DNA of 63,416 bases, counting the filler, from Aduncisulcus paluster (taxonomy: Eukaryota), in assembly GCA_024181965.1 (NCBI GenBank). It is 10 parts of 10 records of this genome, joined end to end, with 100 filler letters (N's around TTAATTAATTAA, not from the genome) between each part and the next. Parts side by side here need not be neighbours in the genome. Positions count along the whole stretch, not along the records: positions 10,401 to 26,591 come from BQXS01011847.1; 9 more parts are not named here. One strand, 5' to 3'. Positions 10,401-24,500 of this stretch are shown here, in pieces (position 1 is the first letter of the stretch; the number at the start of each line of letters is the position of its first letter). A program made the translations under genes and the position numbers. The notes under the pieces were generated by a model. It saw only the letters and a list, made by a program, of their open reading frames with translations, was not told where the DNA came from and did not search any database.

Positions 10401-13400
10401 TTGAGAAGGTTTGTGGTGGAGATGTAGTTAAGGGAAAGAAGGGAAAGAAGGGAAAGAAGGGATCTAAAGCGGTTGAATCTGAAACAAAAACAGTGTGTCC
10501 ATCCATCATTGATTTCCTTAATGACATGACCTCTTTCCTGTGTAAAATATCCAAGAAATGGCTTGATGAAGTCGATATTTGTGAATATATATGTCTTAGT
10601 CTGTGTTCCATGTCTGTTTTCTTGGATTCTCAAGTAGATACCGATGGTGATCCCTGTTTAAGACATGGAACTGAAGTTATTTCATCGTTGACTGGCATTC
10701 ACACTGTTCATTCTACCAATGCTACAGTCCATGAGAGTACTGCCAAAACATTCGCTCTGCCCACAGCTCTACGTTCTACAAGTGCCAGATTGACACATAT
10801 TGTTCAGAGATTTAAGGAATGTGCCGATCAACACACAGATCTCCAAGATAAGCTCCGTCGTAACGATGTTTCTTCTGTCTGTCTGAGCCTTTCTAAGATT
10901 CGTTTGTTACGGGAAGGGACAGATTTGAATCTTTTGAAAGCCCCCTCAACATCTGTGGATATCCGTTCTCTTCTGACAATGTTGACTAGGAACATCGAAG
11001 AGGAAGTTCTCGGTGCATTGCCAGATGTGTGTCACTTTGAGAGTGTGCTCCTATCTGAATGTGGAAGAGAGAGGATATATCCAGAGTGGACAGTGAAGAA
11101 ACTCCGTCCGTTGAACGAACTCACTCTGGTTGAACAAGTTAAGGGGGGAGAGAGTGATTATATTGAGTTTGAAACTCTTGAAGAAGAAGAAGAGGGAGAA
11201 GGAAAGGAAGAGGCTCAGTGCAAAGGGACTCTCGGGGGTTGGAGGGAAAGTACCCGAGGGTTCTGATGGATCTGTGGATGTTCCCTTGTCCATATCTGTT
11301 GATCTCTTGCAAGATCGATTGGACACTCTAACATCACTGAGATCGAAGCTTGGCACACTGCCTTCCTCCTCGACCTTGCTCCACTGTATCGAGAAGGAAC
11401 TAAGCGTGTTTGTTGATCTATGTGAGAGTGTACGCGATGACATGTGTTTCTCTGCACTAAAGGAAAGCAAGACATGGAACGAGAAGCTGAAGAGGGAATG
11501 TTTTGAAGTGGATGAGAATGGAGAGGAAGTGGACATGACTGAGTCGGACGATAGTTTCGATTTGAAGAAAGATGGAGACTCTGTTCGGATTATTCGCGAA
11601 AAGAAGGGTCTCCGTGCTGAGTATTACGAGAGAGCAACGCGTGCATTGAACTTGTGTGAGAACTTAGGTGTGGATGTGTGGACAGAGGAGGAAAGCAGGG
11701 AGATCGCTGGTGAATCTTTCTCTTTCGCATCGGTTACACCGGCTACAGTGGAATCTGAAGGTATTCCCAGCTCTTTGGATACAACCCAGACCCTAAATGG
11801 ACAGACGAGGGAAAGTGTTGATGCCTGGGTTGATTCTATGTATTTTGAAGGGAAAGAAAGAGAAAAAATTGAGAAGAGAAGAGCAGAGAAGGGGAAAATG
11901 GAAGAGAAGGAAAAGGAACATGGGAAATCGATCTCTGTTATTAAAAATCATACCCCACTGAAAGATCGTGATATTGTTCGTTCAGGTCCTTCCACAGAGG
12001 ATGCTGTGACTGCTATTGAGAATTGGTTGACTGTTCGTAAGAGTATGATTGCTAGAAGGACAGAGGAGACTGAAAAGGCTGCTCAAACACTTGGAAATCA
12101 ATTGAAGAATGTGTCTGGACTATGCTGTGGTAATAATATTTCATCTGAGAGCTCTCCTGAATCTGCACCTGGTATGCTGACCCAATCAACCCCAGATATT
12201 CTATCTCAGTTCCATATGCTGTCTGCTTCCATGGCTGATGCCATTGTGTCTTTGCATGGTGCCATTTCCTTGGAAACTATATGCAAGGCTCAGCACGATG
12301 CCAGATTCCCATTTTCTATCACTCTGAGTGCTCTCTATCGGCGTTTTATTACTGTCGATGAATGTAAGCGAGTCCTCAAGAATCTTCAGGCTCTACAAGA
12401 TATTGTTGACAAGGAACTGAAAAGTGTAAAGAAGACTATGAAGTGGTTAAAGAGAAGCGTGTCAATTGATTCATTTGTCAAGGGAAGGTCCAGTGATATC
12501 CAGAAAATGACAAAGGAATATCGTGTTAACTTGTTGCAGCTCAAGACACTGTCAGAAAGGAAGGGGAACGACCATCCATCGGTTGAGAAGAAGAACAGAG
12601 TAGTATCTGAGTTACAAGAGAAGCTCTTGGCTGAGTTGTCTCTCACGTGTGATCTTTACAAATCCACTCTGTATCTGTCTTTATGTGGATATATTCCAGA
12701 AGCTCTTCCATATTGTGCTGTTCAAAGTCCTGATGGAACGAATTGTGGAAGCTGGGCTACCGAGACAAAGAGTCTTCCGATGTCTCTGTTTTTACCTGCT
12801 TCTATTTTTGGAGATTTGAGAAAGATTGAGAATTGGGGAAATGGGTGTGGTGAGGTCATCTCATGTGATGGATTTACAACTGAAATGCTCAAGAACTGGA
12901 GCAAGGGAGTTGAACTTCGAAGGGTTCCATTGAAACTTATTCTCGAGAACACTTTCCCTGAAGCTGCAGACTCTTCTAATAAGGAAATGTCTCCTTCAAA
13001 TGCTTCCTTCGCCTCGATTATATCTGAGATTTCACGTACTTCACGATTACACATCCCATTTATGCAGTTTATCTTCGGGTCCTTTGTGGATAATGACCAC
13101 CACGATCTTTATCTTGTCCAGAACAGTACCAAGCAGAGCTATGAGGATTGGTTAAATGAGATGGGTCAGAAAAAGGTAGTATCTGCTGACACTGAAAGAG
13201 CCATCAAGAAAGAATTTAAGAAAGAGGGAAAGTACAATTTCACTTCCCCTCTCGCATCTTCTCCTTTCTTCTCCATCCCCGCTCTTATTTCTTCTCTATT
13301 CCACGTCCTTCTCTCCCTCCATTCTCTTCATGCTCATTCCATGTGTCATTTATCCGTGTCTCCACTCACTGTATTCATGGATGTGGACGGACAGGTGTGT

Positions 13401-15760
13401 GTCAGAGGTATGGATTCGGCTGTTTGTGATGGAATTCGAATGATTAATTACTTGAGCCACTGTGTCAAGATTGGAAGGGCTGATTTTGTTGCACCTGAAG
13501 TCAGAGAACGTGTCAAGAGTACTCGTCGTAAGAAGGAGAAGAGAGGAAAGAAGAGAGGGAAGACAGGCATGTCTGTGTCTGAACCACCTTCAGAGAGTGA
13601 GAGTGGAATAAGCTCTCCTATTCCAAGTGGGTTGATGTCACCGGTTAAGTTGAAAGATAGGGAAGAAAGGGGCATCTCTGAGGGTTCACTGGCCCGTGGT
13701 GTTGATCTATCTGGAATCAGTGTTGAGAAGGTCGATGTGTATGGGTTCGGATTATGTGTTAGGGATGTGAGAGATTGTGTGAGGAGAGTCAAGAAGGGAA
13801 TATTGGCTGAGATCGAAGAAGAGAGGAAAACTATGGATGCCAAGAGGTGGATCAAGGAGATTCACGAAGTTGACGTTGAAGAAGAGGAAGAGAAGGAGGA
13901 AGGGGAAGAAGAGGAGAAGGAATCTATTTCTGAAAGTGAGAAGGACGAAGAGGAGAAGTCTAAGACATCTAAACTTGTAAAGAAAGTTGTTGTCGAATTC
14001 AAGGAAGTTAAAGTTGCTCCTTCTCAACGCCTTCTTTTCTTGAAACAGTACATTGCTATGCTCTCTCCTGTATTAGCCTCTTTAACAGGCCTCACATCTG
14101 TTTTGTTGGCTTCAGATCCTTGTGAGCGACCATCTCTATCATCGTTGTTATCTCTGCCTATCTTCCATTCTGCTCTGTCGGCTCTCTCTCTCATACAGAC
14201 AAGTCCAGATGAGCACGTCAACATTGGCCAGAGTATTCGAACTTATGATTCTGAGATTGTCGCATGCAGACTTGAGACTCAGGGTGTTGTGGATAAGATG
14301 CAACATATTCGCATCGCTGAACGTGGTTATACAGTGGCTGAGCTCAGTGAGGATGAAAAGAAAGATATCTCTGCTCTTGCTCCTCGTTCTGTTGCCACTC
14401 AATCCCGTTCTACTGTTTTGTCCAAGGCATCCACGCTCTCTCACATGCGCTATCACCTCTCCGAAGCACTTGATCATGTTATCAATGCAAGGACTCTGTT
14501 GACAGCTCCATTGCACCAGTCTGTTTGTCCCAATATTTGTGGATGGGAATCTGGGTCTGTGTGCGGCAGTGTCAGTGTCGGGATTGGTGCCGCGAGAAGG
14601 GAAACTATGGTGGAAATGCAAGAAGGAGAATCGGAAGGGGATTCTCCAGTCACAATTGAGAAATTCAAGGGAAGGATCGGCAATAGTGTGTGTGGTGGAT
14701 TGTGTACATTTAAAAGATCAATGAAACCCGTTGAACAGTCCTGTGTTCGTGATATTGTAAGGCTCGTGATTGGCAATGAGCTGGAGGTGTCCGAATTTGA
14801 AAGGATCGAAAATACTGAACTCCTAAGAGGATATCGTGCTTTTAGAAATGATATTGTTGAACCTATCAAGTTAATTGTCCATGAAGAGGAATGTATTGAT
14901 GATGGTTTTGAATCGAGCAGAATTACTGAGCATCCCAGTGAAATCATTGAAGATGAAGAAGAGGAGAAAAAGGAAGAAGAGGAGAAAAAGGAAGAAGAGG
15001 AGGAAGAAGAGGAAGAGGAAGAGGAAGAGGAGGAGGAGATTATTCCTCTTGATCTTCCTCATCTTTCTTCTCTTACTCAAACTCTATNNNNNNNNNNNNN
15101 NNNNNNNTCCTAAGAGGATATCGTGCTTTTAGAAATGATATTGTTGAACCTATCAAGTTAATTGTCCATGAAGAGGAATGTATTGATGATGGTTTTGAAT
15201 CGAGCAGAATTACTGAGCATCCCAGTGAAATCATTGAAGATGAAGAAGAGGAGAAAAAGGAAGAAGAGGAGAAAAAGGAAGAAGAGGAGGAAGAAGAGGA
15301 AGAGGAAGAGGAAGAGGAGGAGGAGATTATTCCTCTTGATCTTCCTCATCTTTCTTCTCTTACTCAAACTCTATCATCATGCTTCTCTCCTCTCTCTCAC
15401 TGTGAACATTATGCTATTCTATCACTTCCTCTTGATGTGTACCATACTGTATGCATGTATGGGCTTGATGAACGTGTTAATTTAATGGATATTGCCGGAA
15501 AAGAAGGATGGGGAATTAGAATTGATTCTCAAGACGGAAAAAGAACTGAGGCAATGGATATGTTCAAGGAACACGTTATTAAACAATTAAATGACACTGA
15601 GATAAATCCAAAGGGATTGTGTGCCGTGCTTTTGAGAGTAACTCAACGTTCTGAAGATGTAAAGGGGGTTAGAGAACAGGAAATGACTGGGAAGGGATTT
15701 GTGAAGATATTCGAACGTAATTCTGTTTTCCCTGAGGCTGTTTTCGTTATTTCTAAATGA
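10401..15760 (+). CDS. Large coiled-coil + pseudokinase + degenerate PARP-like protein, 5' partial; +1 frameshift near 11180-11215; split by a 20-N gap
   Basis: Kinase-fold motifs LHSLHAHSMCHLSVSPLTVFM, ADFVAPE, KVDVYGFGL, DPCERPSL. PARP-like motifs FERIENTELL, YGLDERV, VLLRVT, KIFERNSVFPEAVF. The frame is continuous to 15760 once the duplicated gap flank is removed. Confidence 0.75.
14821..15374. repeat. Unmerged scaffold overlap: 14821-15087 repeated at 15108-15374 across a 20-N gap
   Basis: Identical sequence on both sides of the gap. The same pattern occurs at 18909-19190/19211-19492, 32514-32798/32819-33103 and 36089-36397/36418-36726. Confidence 0.92.
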
Positions 15761-16039
15761 AATATTTCCTTTTTATCCGTTTCCTAAGCGCTGAGGACCA
15801 ATAACTGTTGTTCGAGTTTTTCTGCCAGTATTCGAATTTTATTATTTTTTTTATGACTTTGTTTTTATTCCTTTTTTGATCATGGATATTTAAGATTAAT
15901 TTGATGTGTTATGCAATAAAATAAGAATTTTTTTTCATGAGTGACCTCCTCCTTTTCTTGCTCACAAAGCAATATTATTTCCACTTTATTATTTATTTTT
16001 TTCATCCTTTAAATATATTTGAGTTTATTTTTTACTGGG

Positions 16040-17875
16040 ATGTCATCTACTTCTTCGGTATTTGCGAACAACTCTGGATCTACTGCTTCAGGAATTATAG
16101 ATGAGAAAAAGATGCATGATTCACATGCTACCATGATGATTGAATCAAAATCTAAGGAATTATCAGAAGTATCTTCTCCATCTCGACTCTTTCTTTGGAA
16201 GGAACGAAAAGAGCGAAAAGTAGAGGAATTACAGAAGCAAAAAGAACTTGAAGAAGCTGAAAAAGTTACAACTGGCCCATCAATTAATGCTTTATCGAAA
16301 AAACTTGTACAACAACATTATTTAGATCAAATTGCTTCCTGGATGAAAATAGTTGAAGATGATCCTTCCAAAGCCCCTGAAATTAGAGAAAATCTTAAAA
16401 TTCTTGAGGATCCATCCTATCGTTTATTTCGTAATGCTGAAGAAAGAGAAAGGATGCGAATCTTGACTAGCCATCAATTGGACCAGGCAGCAAAGAAAAC
16501 CAGTTGTGGTCCTCTTGGAAGCGATCCAAAACAACATTTTTATGGTAGTAATGTTACCGAAAGGCTCTATCAAGATGCTCAGAAAAGACAGGCAAGAAAA
16601 CAACAGATTTTAAGACATTACCGCCAAAGTCATGTGAAGCCTGATGCTGCAATCGATCTTCCTGTGCCCACCATTATCTCTCATCCTTCTCTTTTCATCG
16701 ATGACGAAGCTGATGAGTTCTTGATAGGTCCTGTGAGAGATCCGCATCACATTACACAGCATCTTTGGGAAAAGGGAATCGAAGCAAAGAAGAAAAAGGA
16801 GGAAAAGAGACGGAAATTGATTGACCATATGGAAAAGGAGGCAAAACGTCAGATGTTTTCCCCCAGCGAGCGGAGCAAGAAGATTTTGGCAAAAATGGCC
16901 AATTCGGGCTCTTCTCGTTCTGCAAGACATTCTGTCCTCCGAGAAAAACCGACATTTATGCCCTCCATTGATAAGAATAGTGCTGAGATTGATCGTAGTC
17001 AGCACTCGGGTATAGAACAAAGAATAGAGAAGGAACTGGCCATGAAGGTATCAAAAAAGGGGAAAAGTGGTAAGGAAATGTCTCCAAAAGCATCTGATTC
17101 AAAAGGCTCTGGAAAGTCGCCCGTATCTCGTGTTTGTATAAGGGAGAAATTAATATCTCGAAATCACCAAAAACATCAGGCTTTGATCGAAAAAAAACGG
17201 CATGAGATGCGCAAGAAGGAGATTGATGGATGCACTTTTCAACCGCAGCTTGTTTCAAACGAGATTCATGGCCGGCATGTCTCTGTCATAAGTCGTAGCA
17301 ATGATTGGGTGAGAAAACAACGGTTAAAGCAGAAACCGGTCGTTTCCAAAGACGAAGAGAAGCTTTCGGCAAGTGAATTCACCTTTAAACCTGATCTTTC
17401 GTCAAGCTCAAAGTCGTATCATAAGATAATGCCCCATGTTGAAGATGAGTCTGAGGATAGTGATGCTCATTCATGGTGCACAGATGAATTAGTTGTGTTA
17501 TCGGACTTTGATGATGAAGAGGCCATCACAATCGGCCAGGAAAAACATGTGTCTCCATCGGCTCCTGCAAAACCTCATGAAATATTATCTTCCCCGCTGA
17601 AAAGGGAAGCAAATCCAATTGAATCGCCGACATACATAATGGAACCATCGATTGACGAACCAATATCTCCACAATTTTATAATATCTTCGCGATACGCCC
17701 TTCATCTTTCTTTAAACAGCCCTCTGATGTGTGTATCCAGATGGTTGCTGACTCTGGAGTCTCTTCATGGGATTGGGAAGAGGATTGGGAAGAAAGGAAG
17801 AAGAGGAGAGAGGAGGAAGCTAGGTTGGAAATTGAGAGACAGATGTCTCCGAGATGTCAATGGGGTGTGTGGTGA
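16040..17875 (+). CDS. Coiled-coil protein with repeated xTFxPxI/L motifs, putatively cytoskeletal or microtubule-associated
   Basis: ATG at 16040. Motifs PTFMPSI, CTFQPQL, FTFKPDL, MFSPS and VTERLYQDA are typical of protist cytoskeletal orphans. Function is inferred. Confidence 0.7.
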   Translation: MSSTSSVFANNSGSTASGIIDEKKMHDSHATMMIESKSKELSEVSSPSRLFLWKERKERKVEELQKQKELEEAEKVTTGPSINALSKKLVQQHYLDQIASWMKIVEDDPSKAPEIRENLKILEDPSYRLFRNAEERERMRILTSHQLDQAAKKTSCGPLGSDPKQHFYGSNVTERLYQDAQKRQARKQQILRHYRQSHVKPDAAIDLPVPTIISHPSLFIDDEADEFLIGPVRDPHHITQHLWEKGIEAKKKKEEKRRKLIDHMEKEAKRQMFSPSERSKKILAKMANSGSSRSARHSVLREKPTFMPSIDKNSAEIDRSQHSGIEQRIEKELAMKVSKKGKSGKEMSPKASDSKGSGKSPVSRVCIREKLISRNHQKHQALIEKKRHEMRKKEIDGCTFQPQLVSNEIHGRHVSVISRSNDWVRKQRLKQKPVVSKDEEKLSASEFTFKPDLSSSSKSYHKIMPHVEDESEDSDAHSWCTDELVVLSDFDDEEAITIGQEKHVSPSAPAKPHEILSSPLKREANPIESPTYIMEPSIDEPISPQFYNIFAIRPSSFFKQPSDVCIQMVADSGVSSWDWEEDWEERKKRREEEARLEIERQMSPRCQWGVW

Positions 17876-18539
17876 TATCGTTTTTATGAAGTTATTATTA
17901 TTATTCAATGATTTTTATTTATCTTTTATTATAAATGATTTTGATTGTTTTGAATTTGATTTTATATCATTACAAAATAATTATTTGTATTTTTTGAATC
18001 ACCGGATTTTGTATTATTTCAATGCTATTCTTCAGTTTTTTTTTATTATTATTATTATTATATTTTTCATAATCTCGTTATTATTATTGTTTTTCCTCTC
18101 TTGGTTAGGGGGCAGGATCTATCGACAAACCTATAATTTATTTCTTTTTGAATTCTTGAATTCTTGAATATTTATTCTATTATTCTTAGATTTGAAGTTC
18201 CATTGTATATTCTTCCTGTAATTTAAAGAAAAGTATCACAATGACTGTGACAAATTGATTTCTCAAAGATTCTTCGTGTCAGTGATAATTCTTGGAAATA
18301 ATATCAAAATAAATATCTTCTGATCCGATTCAAGGTCCTTAGTCTGTCTTTACTTCATGGGAGAGAAAAGGGTGAGAACATGTTCTTTCCATTCACACTC
18401 GCAGCTCTGTCATTGCCTAGTAGTATAGTACAGTATAGTTGAAATCTCGGTTTGTTCTTGAAACATATGATTTTAGAATAATTATTACAGAATATGAAGT
18501 TTCCTCGGAAGGATTCAGAGGAAAGAGATCTATCATGAA

Positions 18540-21500
18540 TCATTTCTTGTTAACTATTGAAGCAGAATCTCCATATAGCATGACCATTTTGTTTTCTTCC
18601 TTCTTTACCTTGTTCAGAAGTTGCTTCACAGTCTTGTTTTTTAACATTGCCGTGTCCACTCTTGATTCATCGGATGCAGAACTAACACATACAAGTGCAG
18701 AGAGACGCCCTTCATCTTCATCAAATTTATCAGCCATGGTGGTTTCTTTTATCCTCTCTTCTTCTCTATCTTTTGAGGCAGCAAGAAGGGCCTGTAAATG
18801 CCAATTATGGGCCATTCTACTATTAAAAGCTGTTATTTTAAGTAAATACTTCGCAAACAAACCACGCTCACCCTGCCTGATAATATTGGTGGAAGTCTCT
18901 TGTTTTTCCTCTGGAGAAGGTAAGAAGGAGGTACTTTCACAGATTTTGGCAACAGAGGCTTGGTTAACTATCCATTTTCCACCTTTACAGACAGAAATAA
19001 GCTTTGGTCTGAACATATCAGAGGGCAAACCATCGTCGTCAATGAAAGAAAAGAACGATGAATAAGCTTGTACCAATCTCTTGCCACCAACACTTGTCAT
19101 GGTGCCCTGGCATTCTTTTTTCTCAACCTTTGAGAGAATCTGGGCACAAGCGAGAACACCCTCGTTGGCACAAACAAGACGTTGAGCATTNNNNNNNNNN
19201 NNNNNNNNNNCTCTGGAGAAGGTAAGAAGGAGGTACTTTCACAGATTTTGGCAACAGAGGCTTGGTTAACTATCCATTTTCCACCTTTACAGACAGAAAT
19301 AAGCTTTGGTCTGAACATATCAGAGGGCAAACCATCGTCGTCAATGAAAGAAAAGAACGATGAATAAGCTTGTACCAATCTCTTGCCACCAACACTTGTC
19401 ATGGTGCCCTGGCATTCTTTTTTCTCAACCTTTGAGAGAATCTGGGCACAAGCGAGAACACCCTCGTTGGCACAAACAAGACGTTGAGCATTGAATGATG
19501 CGACATGTGAAGAGGCTAAGGAGTAGAGAAGAGAGGAGAGGAGGTGGAGAGAAGAGAGAGGAGAGAGGGCCAGGGAAGGTGAAGAGATCGGAGCAAGGGT
19601 ACATGATTTAATGCGCTTGCTAACATCGAGCATGCGGCTCTCCTCTTCCTTGCGTCGAGACTTAAGAATAGTCACATGTTTATCGATTTGGGGCAGTTCC
19701 TTGGCAATCTCACTCAAACGAGAAGCGGAAGAAGATATCATATCAGCAAGGTTCTCCCTTTCTTCTTCTTCAAGAGCGTGTTCTTTTAGCCAGGATTTTA
19801 GCTTATTCTTGGCCTCAGAATAACGCCGGTTCAACTTGACATGTTGCAATCTCAGAGTTGATTCTGCTTTGTGTTTCTCTTTTAACTCGTTTGACAGTCG
19901 AACCCACGTTGAGTATGAGTTTCCTGGAAAATATTCAGCTAAATTGGCTTCTTGCTGTCTAAAAAGCTTGTTAAACTCAGCTTTAATGGGGTTTAGAGCT
20001 GGTTTTTTAAGGAGAGACTCAAGCGTTGGTTGCTTTTTCTTTGATTTGCTTTTCGATTCTTTCCTTTTCCCTCGTGGCTTTCCCTTTCCTTTGCTAGATG
20101 AAGCTGAGAGATGCTCCTTCTCTTCTTTAAGTGCCTGGCGAGTTAATTGGTCACTATTCTGAATAACAAATTTGTACATAGCATCTGTGACACTCTGTAA
20201 AACCTTGGTATGGGCAGTCTTCACTCTGCCTTCAAGGGAAGTGATGGATGATTGGTGCTTTTTGAGCTTTGAATTAACGGGTTGGAATTTCCGATGGCAT
20301 TCCTCTTCAGCGGCTTGCAGTTGTTTTCGTGCAGGATCAGTTAAACGACTCATGTCACGATTCATGTTCCTAATGGAGGAGTCAAGCCTCTCCATTTCAC
20401 TGGTGAGTGAGTCCGACTTACTCGATTCCTCGGTCAGTTGTCGTGATAACAACACAAACTTCTCTTGAGATGTTGCAAGAAGAGCTATATCTTGTTCAAG
20501 CTTGGAAAGAACAGAGAAATCAATTTTTTCAGGGCTGGAAAGATCTCCAACACGACTGTCAAGAGCAGCACAAAAATACAGTTTCCTCTTCGCCAACTCT
20601 ACCTTCATTCGATACAAAAGACATTCACGGACTAAACTATTTTTAGTATTTGAGAAAATATTATCAAGACGAACTCTTTCCCTTTCCATTGTATTCTCCT
20701 CAGTGAATAATCCTTGAATAAGAGAATCATTATAATGTCGCTCTGTGATGGAAGCAATTGATCTTCCTTCAGTGTCGTGTGTTTTTTCGTTGAGAAGATC
20801 GATAGCAGAAGAGAGGACAGCTGGAGGTGGGAGGAAATGCTTTGTAATGCTCACAACACACTGACATATCTGATTCTCGGCTTCCTTTACAAGACCACAC
20901 ATCGATTCGTGTTTCTGTTGACTATTCTTTGTGCCCTTCACGGTTCTTGACCTTGGATTGTGTGAGCTTTTTCCTTCGACCTCCCGAGTGACAGACATAA
21001 GCTTTCCAACACAAACGAGGACAGACTCAATGCCAACTAGTCCATGGTAATTGAGGGAAGAGAGGGTGTCTGTGAGGGACAAAAGGGAGGAGAAGGAAGG
21101 AGAGATAGAGGAGGAGAAGGAAGTGAAGGAGGAGGCAAGAGAAGCAATGGAAGAGGCCACAGTGGAATGCAACTGGGGAAAAGAAGTTGATTCATATTTG
21201 TAAAACGGGAAAAGGGCCCGTTTTCCATCAATCTTCCACTCTGAACAAAGCTTATTGAACAATAGATAACTTCCAATATTTTCAAGGATCACAAGGAATC
21301 TCCCCCAGTTTTTAGTGAAAAGAATAATCAAAAAGAGTGTGGTCTCGGCTATTCTGGAGAGAAGGAGAGAGAGAGAGAAAGGATATGAAGGGAGGTGGGA
21401 AAGGGGAAGAAGGAGATATTCTTTCAGTTGGGTCGGATGAAGTACAAAGAAAAGGATAATCGCATGAATATCCACAACGCCTCGCTCGATTACAATACGG

Positions 21501-24500
21501 GTTTTGCCCTGTTTGGGAACACTAGAAAGGGTTTCTTTCTTTTGTGGAGACCGAGACTGACTGAACTCAACCTCTATTCCTTCCTTTTCCTCTCCCTCTT
21601 CCATTTCTTCACTCATGGGCTGGATCTCTTCGATAATCGTCTCCCTTTCGTATGTAACTATTTGGCTATCCTTGGAAAAGTCTAGAGCACTCAAGATACT
21701 CAAAACTTCACTGACATCAGCTTTAGGGGCATTAGGTCTTGCCAAAGACTGAAGGAGAAGTTGGATATAGTTCTCAGGCTCAAGACCATCTTCTTGAAAT
21801 ATCTCTTCAGAGGTTTCATCGAGTTTTTTTCCTTTCTTTCCTTTCTTACTTTCTTTCGCTTTCTTAGACATTTTCTGTTCATTAAATATAGACTTCCATT
21901 CGTACACTAGATCCTTTTCTTCATTCTCTTCATCTTCTTCCTCTTCTTCTTGCATGTCCGTAGCAGAAAGAGTAGTGATGATGCTTTGTGAGTCCTTTTC
22001 CTCGTACTCAATGGAATATTCACTATCCTCTTCCTCAAATAGAATCACTTGTTTGGTTTGTTTGGGTTTCTTTGTGCGGTCAGACTTGACACTAATCATT
22101 CCCATTGATGGTTTATCTTCAGCAGATTGAACTAATCTGGTTTCAAGGGCCTGTCTTTCCTCTTCTGCGGCTAGTCTTTCTTCCTCTTCTCGAATTCTTC
22201 GGAGACGTTTCTGCGTCTCTTCCTCTTCTTCTCGCTTCCTTTCTTCTTGAATCTGATTCAAAAGCTGTTCAAACCATCCCAAACTTGCAGTAAAACCATT
22301 GAGACGTGGGAGAAGTGATGCCTCTGAAGCGAATAGAGAGAAACCCTTGGTGACTCCAATTGCCAGCTTCTTGGTCATTCTTGTCTTCATCTTTTCTTTT
22401 TTGGCAGAGATGAATCCCTTGATGATTTTCTCACTGCGAACACTCTCGTGGATACAAGCACGAAGACATTGGATAGTCAGGGAGATAAGATGGGAATGCA
22501 ACGACGATTGGACGTGAAGAATACATGGAATTAAAGAGAGAAGGAGAGCAGATAGTTGTGGAGATGATCTTGTATTGTGAATCAGACTAACCCCACTTTT
22601 GGTGAGAACAGAGATGAAACACTGGAGATATTTCTCAAGTAATTTAGTGTGGGTTGTATGATGCTGCGTATTTCTCTCTCTCTTTCCTTCTTTCAATGCT
22701 TGGCGGATAAAATTTGTGCAATTATGATTCATAACGTCCAATACATGTACTGGTGGGAATAAATTAAAATTACATACTTCACTGAGAAACAAGCAAGATA
22801 AATCACGCACACGACTTGATGAACTTGTCTCCCAACCCATCTTTCGTTCCACCACATGATATTTCCCTAGTAACTCGTCACAGAGAGCAATAGTCACACT
22901 TTGGGAAGGGTGAAAGGTCCCGTGAATATCTATCTGTAATAACATACGACCAACGAGATGCAACACGGGAAAGAGGTTGAGCTCATTCTGTTTTCCTTCT
23001 TTTCTGACGGATTCTTGGAGTTCTGCCTCATCGTCTCTAAGAGCTACATTTATCTGATTCTCTAATTTCATTAATGCAGCCATCTCAACATCCATGTGGC
23101 TAAGATTTGCCCTCCTTCTTTTCCTTTCTTTTTTGCCGATTTTCCCTTTCTTCACAGGTATATCAAGTTCTGCATTACGTTTTTTCACAAGCTTCGAAAT
23201 CATTCGCTCAACCTTCTTGAGCTTTGTCTTTCCAATGTGGACTTTCTCACGAAGTTCTGAAATATGTTGCTGAGATATGGACAATCCTGAGGACTTTGTG
23301 ATGGCTAAATTGAAAGGATCAACCATCGAGGAAAGAGCAGAGACGAGAGTGTACTGATGACTTAGAGGGGCACAGGGGGATGGGGAGGAGGAGAAGGGAG
23401 ATGTGTGAGGAAGGTGGGAAATAGAAGATGGAGGAGTGTAGGACCGAAAATACTCTTCAAATTGCTTAACACGGGCGTTGATTTGTGATGGATTGTGAAG
23501 GTAATTCGACTTAAAGAGGATGTACACAGCCAGAGCATCAACTTGTTCAGGGAGTCGTACGTATTCAATCAGATCTGTGATGACAGATATTGGAGGTAGT
23601 TTCAACCTTATAAGCTGACGGAGAAGAGACTCCCCAGACATGGATACTGAGAATCTTAGTCCATGCAAGTCAGATGATCTATCATCTTGCACAGAGCTCT
23701 GAGAGAATACTGGCAATTCACCCTCAAGGGGAATCTCCGTCTCCATTGATCTAGCCGTCTCCATTAACTGCAAAAAAGACTTTTCCATCGCTTCGATAGA
23801 ATAGAATGACATCTCAGAGCCCTGGGACTTCATGTGAAGTGAGAATGCAGCATTGAAGAACGAAGGGTGAAGAGGTTTCCACCTATAAGGAAGAGAGAAA
23901 ATGGCAGGAAGAGTAGAGGATAGACTAAAGGACGGGAAAGAGTATGAAGGAAAAGCCGGATACTCTTCACTAATTTCTGGGACGGCATTTGATGCAACCC
24001 AACCAACGGATGCAAATGAACAAAAGGATGTCACGGTGAAAAATGAATCAGGATTACCGTCTTGAATGGGGTCCTTTATGAAAGTGGGACAGATACCAAC
24101 ACAAAACGGAGAAATGCATTCCCATACGCTTGTCCACTCTTTCTTGCTCACTCCTTTCTTAACACTTTTAATAGAGGCACAATGAAGAGAGTATCGATCA
24201 AACAATAACCGTTCAAGGGTCTGGAGCTGCACCATGAAGGGTGGTAGTTGCAAATGGGATAAGGAGCTGCGCGGAGGAGTGTTGGAGGTCACTGTAAGCA
24301 TTTGTTTCCTTCTCACCACCTTGTCGAGGAGATGCTTATCAAGATCAAGGCAACGGACAAGCTTCTTGAAAATGGAAACAGCATATGAAAAGAAGACCTG
24401 ATTATGAACATTTCTGACATGTCTTTCGAGATCTTCATTTACAGACTCCTTAGCTGGCTTTGGGGCCTTCTTTTCTTTCGGTTTCTTGGGTTTCTTTGGG

